DNA of 52,145 nt from Bacteroidota bacterium (GTDB lineage Bacteria > Bacteroidota > Bacteroidia > Palsa-965): positions 16,168 through 68,312 of the forward strand of contig PLYR01000066.1 of NCBI GenBank assembly GCA_003153435.1, read 5' to 3'. Below, piece by piece: positions 48,545-52,145 of this stretch. The translations under genes and the position numbers were made by a program. How positions within the stretch are numbered: the stretch's first letter is position 1; every line of letters starts with the position of its first letter. The notes under the pieces were generated by a model. The model worked only from the letters and a program-made list of their open reading frames with translations, was not told the DNA's origin and did not search any database.

Positions 48545-49264
48545 TCATAGCTGTTCTCCGGTGCAGAATAGGAAGACACAGGGTCGTTTATGGAGCTCAG
48601 GCTTGTTTTTTTTCCAATTATCAATACTTTGTGTTTGGATCAATTGGGAAGGAAGGGTGATGTCGCATGCAATACAGAGAAGCGTTTGATCTTTGCATTC
48701 CCGGAGTAGGTCTTCCAGCATATGGTCATTCCGGAATGGGGTTTCAATAAAAATCTGGGTTTGCCGAAGCTGAGTCGCCTGCTTTTCCAGTTCCTTTATT
48801 CTACGGATTCGGTCTGGTCTTTCCTTAGGGAGGTATCCGTGAAAACAAAATTGTTGACCATTTGAACCAGATGCCATCAGGGAAAGGAGGATGGAGGAGG
48901 GGCCTGTCAAAGGAACTACCTGGATGTTTTTTTGATGGGCCAGGGCCACGATTGCTGCTCCGGGATCTGCCACACCAGGGCATCCTGCGTCTGATAGCAC
49001 ACCAATGCTTTCACCCTGAAAAATGTTTTTAAGATAGGAGAGATAAAGGTCAGGGTTTGTGTGTTTCCCGACTTCATGAAAGATCAGACTTTCTATGGGT
49101 TTTTTCATTCCCATAAGCTTTAAATGTCTTCGTGCCGTGCGCAGATCTTCAACTATAAATTCTCCGAGTGTATTAATGACTGCAACATTAAAACCCGGTA
49201 TTACTTCCTCCGGGTTGTTTTCTCCCAAGGGTACCGGAATTAAATACAGTTTACCGCTAGTCAT
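48545..49264 (-). CDS. RsmI-like SAM-dependent methyltransferase (tetrapyrrole methylase fold)
   Basis: LYLIPVPLG, SDAGCPGVADPG, GPSSI, FIETPFRN. Confidence 0.88.
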   Translation of the reverse strand: MTSGKLYLIPVPLGENNPEEVIPGFNVAVINTLGEFIVEDLRTARRHLKLMGMKKPIESLIFHEVGKHTNPDLYLSYLKNIFQGESIGVLSDAGCPGVADPGAAIVALAHQKNIQVVPLTGPSSILLSLMASGSNGQQFCFHGYLPKERPDRIRRIKELEKQATQLRQTQIFIETPFRNDHMLEDLLRECKDQTLLCIACDITLPSQLIQTQSIDNWKKNKPELHKRPCVFLFCTGEQL

Positions 49265-49277
49265 CAGCGTTAGTTTA

Positions 49278-49739
49278 TTATTTAAATTTAGCACTGATAA
49301 CCTCACAAGCCTCGTCAAGCAGATTATACACCAGCTCGAAACCTTCTTCTCCTCCGAAATATGGATCGGGGACTGGTCGATCCTCGCCTGGATAAGATTC
49401 GTTCAGAATGAGTCTGACTTTTGAACGATCGTGCTCATTTCTAGCCTTGATGAGTACATCCTTCTGATTCGAATGGTCCATCACATAAATGACTTCAAAA
49501 TCATCAAAATCATGAACGGAAAACTGTCTTCCAAGATGTTTTGAAATATCGATACCATGCCGGAGAGCATTTTCAGTGGATCTTTTATCTGGATGCTCAC
49601 CAATATGGAAACCTGCCGTACCCGCAGAATCAACCATAACATTCTTCACCTTTGCTATACTCAGTTTTTTTCGAAGGATTTCTTCTGCCAGAGGAGACCG
49701 GCAAATATTACCAAGGCAAACCATAACAATTTTAACCAT
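49278..49739 (-). CDS. Low molecular weight protein-tyrosine phosphatase
   Basis: CLGNICRSP, DSAGT, DPYF. Confidence 0.95.
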   Translation of the reverse strand: MVKIVMVCLGNICRSPLAEEILRKKLSIAKVKNVMVDSAGTAGFHIGEHPDKRSTENALRHGIDISKHLGRQFSVHDFDDFEVIYVMDHSNQKDVLIKARNEHDRSKVRLILNESYPGEDRPVPDPYFGGEEGFELVYNLLDEACEVISAKFK

Positions 49740-49762
49740 TTGAAATCAGGAATTTGAAGGCA

Positions 49763-52145
49763 TCAATTCTTCAGAGCTTTAAAAATCATTTTATAATAAG
49801 TGCCATCCATTTCTATCTTCTCAATATACCCGTTTAGCTGATCTGCAAGAATTTTTACAAGTTCCAGGCCCAAGGTTTGATGAAACTGGTCATCAAACGG
49901 GTTACCATTATATCCTTTCCCGTTATCACCAATAATGAGCACAAAGCTGTTCATATCCGTAGCTGTATTAAGGCGAATTACAATTTCTCCTCTTTCCTGA
50001 CCCACAAAAGCATACTTAAGTGAGTTGGATATAATTTCATTGAGCAGCAGTCCAAGCGGGACAGTAGTATTCAGGTTAAGGAACTCTATTTTCAGGTCCA
50101 GTATCAGTGAAATCTTTTTATCGATATTGTAGGTTTTAATCATGCTCTGAACAAGCAACTGAATATAGTCTTTGATGTTTATCCTACCGAAATCCTCTGA
50201 ATTGTAAAGTTTTTCGTGGATCAATGCAATAGCCCTAATTCGGTTTTTACATTCTTCAAACACCTCGAGGGATTTTTTATCTTCTATGAAAGATGATTGA
50301 ATACTGATCAAACTGTTAATGACCTGTAGGTTGTTTTTTACCCGATGATGGATTTCTTTAAGCAGTACCTCTTTCTCTTCTTTTTGCCTCACGAGTTCTC
50401 CCGTTCTTAGGTTGATTACCTTTTCTAGTTCTTCTTTTTCTTCCTGCTGCTTTTGTTTTCTGAATTTGTTGTAGGTATATAATAAACCAGTCAGGGAACA
50501 GAGACATAATCCAATGAACCACCAGGTCTGCCAGTATGGTCGAGTGATGGTAAACGCGAATTCAGAGGGAATGTCATTCCACCCATCTCTCTTGTTAGCA
50601 GCTTTTACACTAAAGACATAGTGGCCCGGGGCAAGGTTAGAATAGGTTGCGAATGGAGTCTCAGTTTCAGGACTCCAATCGGGATCAAATCCACGGAGTT
50701 TAAAGCTGTATTTGATATTATCGGGAGATGTTTTGTTGATGGCCTTAAAGTCAAAAGTAAGGTGATTTTGGTCATGTGGTAGGGTAGGATTTAAAGGAAG
50801 AAAATCCCATGAACTGGTAGAGTCTGTGAACGTGCTCCAGTCTGTGAGTTCATAAAAGAGCCGGACCTTGGAGATATGAACTGAAGGAATTTCATCAAAA
50901 TCCCTTTCCTCCGTGGGGTTGTACCTGATTGCTCCCTTAATAGTACCAAACCAGAGATTGCCACTGTTATCTATACATGTTGAGCGGGAGTTACATTCAA
51001 CACCTCTAAAGCCTTCGGTCTTTCCAAAATTCCGAATTCGTTTAATTTGACCATTTGGATTTAGTTCAATTTTATCAACGCCTTTATTGCTCCCAACCCA
51101 GATGTTTCCATAATCATCCACATTCAAAAGGTAAATGGTTCCGGAGGAAAGTCCATCCACAGTTGAAATACTTGTAAATTTTTTTCCGTCATACCTCATC
51201 ACACATTGGTCTGTACCCATCCAGAGGGCACCGAATTTATCTTTCACCATACTTCCAATATATGCGTTGCAAATGCCTGATTCAGGGCCATAAACCTGGA
51301 TGAGACCTGTTGGCGAATATTTGTACACATCGATCCCTGTGCCAAACCAGATATTCCCCGCATTGTCTTCGCAGATCGAATAAACGTACGGGCTTTTAAG
51401 TCCCTCAGCAGCACCAATATGTTTCACCTTATTTTTATTGTCTATCTGGAAAGCGCCTTGTCCTCGGGTTCCAATCCATAAATTCCCATAGCTGTCTTCC
51501 GCAAAAACGGAAACATTGAGAGGAGTAGTATCTGAAGAGAGGGTAAAAGTTTTAAAAGCATGTCCATCAAAGCTGCGTATCCCTTTCGGTCCGCCTATCC
51601 AGAGAAGTCCGTTATGATCGCAATATATTGCCCTCACTCCGAATCCCTTCAGGAGAGGATTTGAAGAGTAAGAAACTGTTTTGTTCCCGTCATAGCTATA
51701 GAGCCCTTTTGAGGGAGTCCCAGCCCACATGGTCCCTGTATGATCTGAGCAGAGCGCAAAAATGTCACTTTCCTGAAACCCTTCCAGGTTTTCATAATAG
51801 CTGAAAGTCTGGTCCATAAACTTAACGAGGCCAGCCCCACTGGTTCCAATCCAGAAACACCCGATTCGGTCTTCAAAAATGCAGCGAATATTATTGGTTG
51901 GAAGTCCGCTTTTCTGGTCAAAGTGGTTGACTTGGCCTTTATAAAATTTGAAGATACCATTGTTAGTGGTTGTGACCCAGAATTGCCCTCTGCGGTCTAT
52001 GTGCAACGCAGAAATTGTTGAACCTGAAGGAATCAGTATCGTGTCCTGAACAACGGCCTTCAGATTTTCAAATTTTTCGGAGGCATGTGTATCGACATGG
52101 TATATCAATCCGTTTTCTTTGGCAAACCATAGATTTCCTTCATTA
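49763..52145 (-). CDS. Membrane sensor kinase: beta-propeller repeats, Y_Y_Y domain, TM, HisKA_2 and HATPase; 5' end lies beyond the window
   Basis: D..G.LWIGT repeats, YSNLAPGHYVFSVKA, PYWQTWWF, KEIHHRVKNNLQ, DNGKG; reading frame open to the window edge. Confidence 0.92.
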   Translation of the reverse strand, partial: NEGNLWFAKENGLIYHVDTHASEKFENLKAVVQDTILIPSGSTISALHIDRRGQFWVTTTNNGIFKFYKGQVNHFDQKSGLPTNNIRCIFEDRIGCFWIGTSGAGLVKFMDQTFSYYENLEGFQESDIFALCSDHTGTMWAGTPSKGLYSYDGNKTVSYSSNPLLKGFGVRAIYCDHNGLLWIGGPKGIRSFDGHAFKTFTLSSDTTPLNVSVFAEDSYGNLWIGTRGQGAFQIDNKNKVKHIGAAEGLKSPYVYSICEDNAGNIWFGTGIDVYKYSPTGLIQVYGPESGICNAYIGSMVKDKFGALWMGTDQCVMRYDGKKFTSISTVDGLSSGTIYLLNVDDYGNIWVGSNKGVDKIELNPNGQIKRIRNFGKTEGFRGVECNSRSTCIDNSGNLWFGTIKGAIRYNPTEERDFDEIPSVHISKVRLFYELTDWSTFTDSTSSWDFLPLNPTLPHDQNHLTFDFKAINKTSPDNIKYSFKLRGFDPDWSPETETPFATYSNLAPGHYVFSVKAANKRDGWNDIPSEFAFTITRPYWQTWWFIGLCLCSLTGLLYTYNKFRKQKQQEEKEELEKVINLRTGELVRQKEEKEVLLKEIHHRVKNNLQVINSLISIQSSFIEDKKSLEVFEECKNRIRAIALIHEKLYNSEDFGRINIKDYIQLLVQSMIKTYNIDKKISLILDLKIEFLNLNTTVPLGLLLNEIISNSLKYAFVGQERGEIVIRLNTATDMNSFVLIIGDNGKGYNGNPFDDQFHQTLGLELVKILADQLNGYIEKIEMDGTYYKMIFKALKN

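Overview
Bacteroidota chromosomal window. Evidence: gldF/gldG, a PorP/SprF gene, T9SS type-A and type-B CTD cargo, and TAnnTTTG -7 promoter boxes. Most of it is housekeeping: dnaN, lysC-lysA, msrA, ribD, prmC, ligA, dapA, rpsP-rimM, dnaE, a carboxyltransferase and yajQ. I saw no rRNA, tRNA or CRISPR. Two accessory regions stand out. (1) 4.8-10.1 kb is a dlt-like envelope acylation operon: an adenylation enzyme, a carrier protein, an MBOAT ending in a DltX-like FIYQQF motif, a DltD/SGNH-like protein with altered catalytic motifs, and a secreted protein of ~35-aa repeats. (2) 37.0-40.6 kb is a four-gene island. A 501-aa helical protein with a putative N-terminal winged HTH is surrounded by an apparently inactive GIY-YIG homolog, a small secreted PepSY-like protein and an apparently inactive IS1595-like transposase derivative. 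The promoters of those three neighbours share one architecture: an ATGAG(T/G)GTC(A/T)AA box, TGTC 12 nt later, and the -7 TTTG ending exactly 48 nt after the box. A fourth box lies just after the promoter of the 501-aa gene. This looks like a self-contained, possibly undescribed regulon. There is also a DUF1361 pseudogene remnant missed by the ORF track. All family calls come from motif recognition by eye, not database searches.
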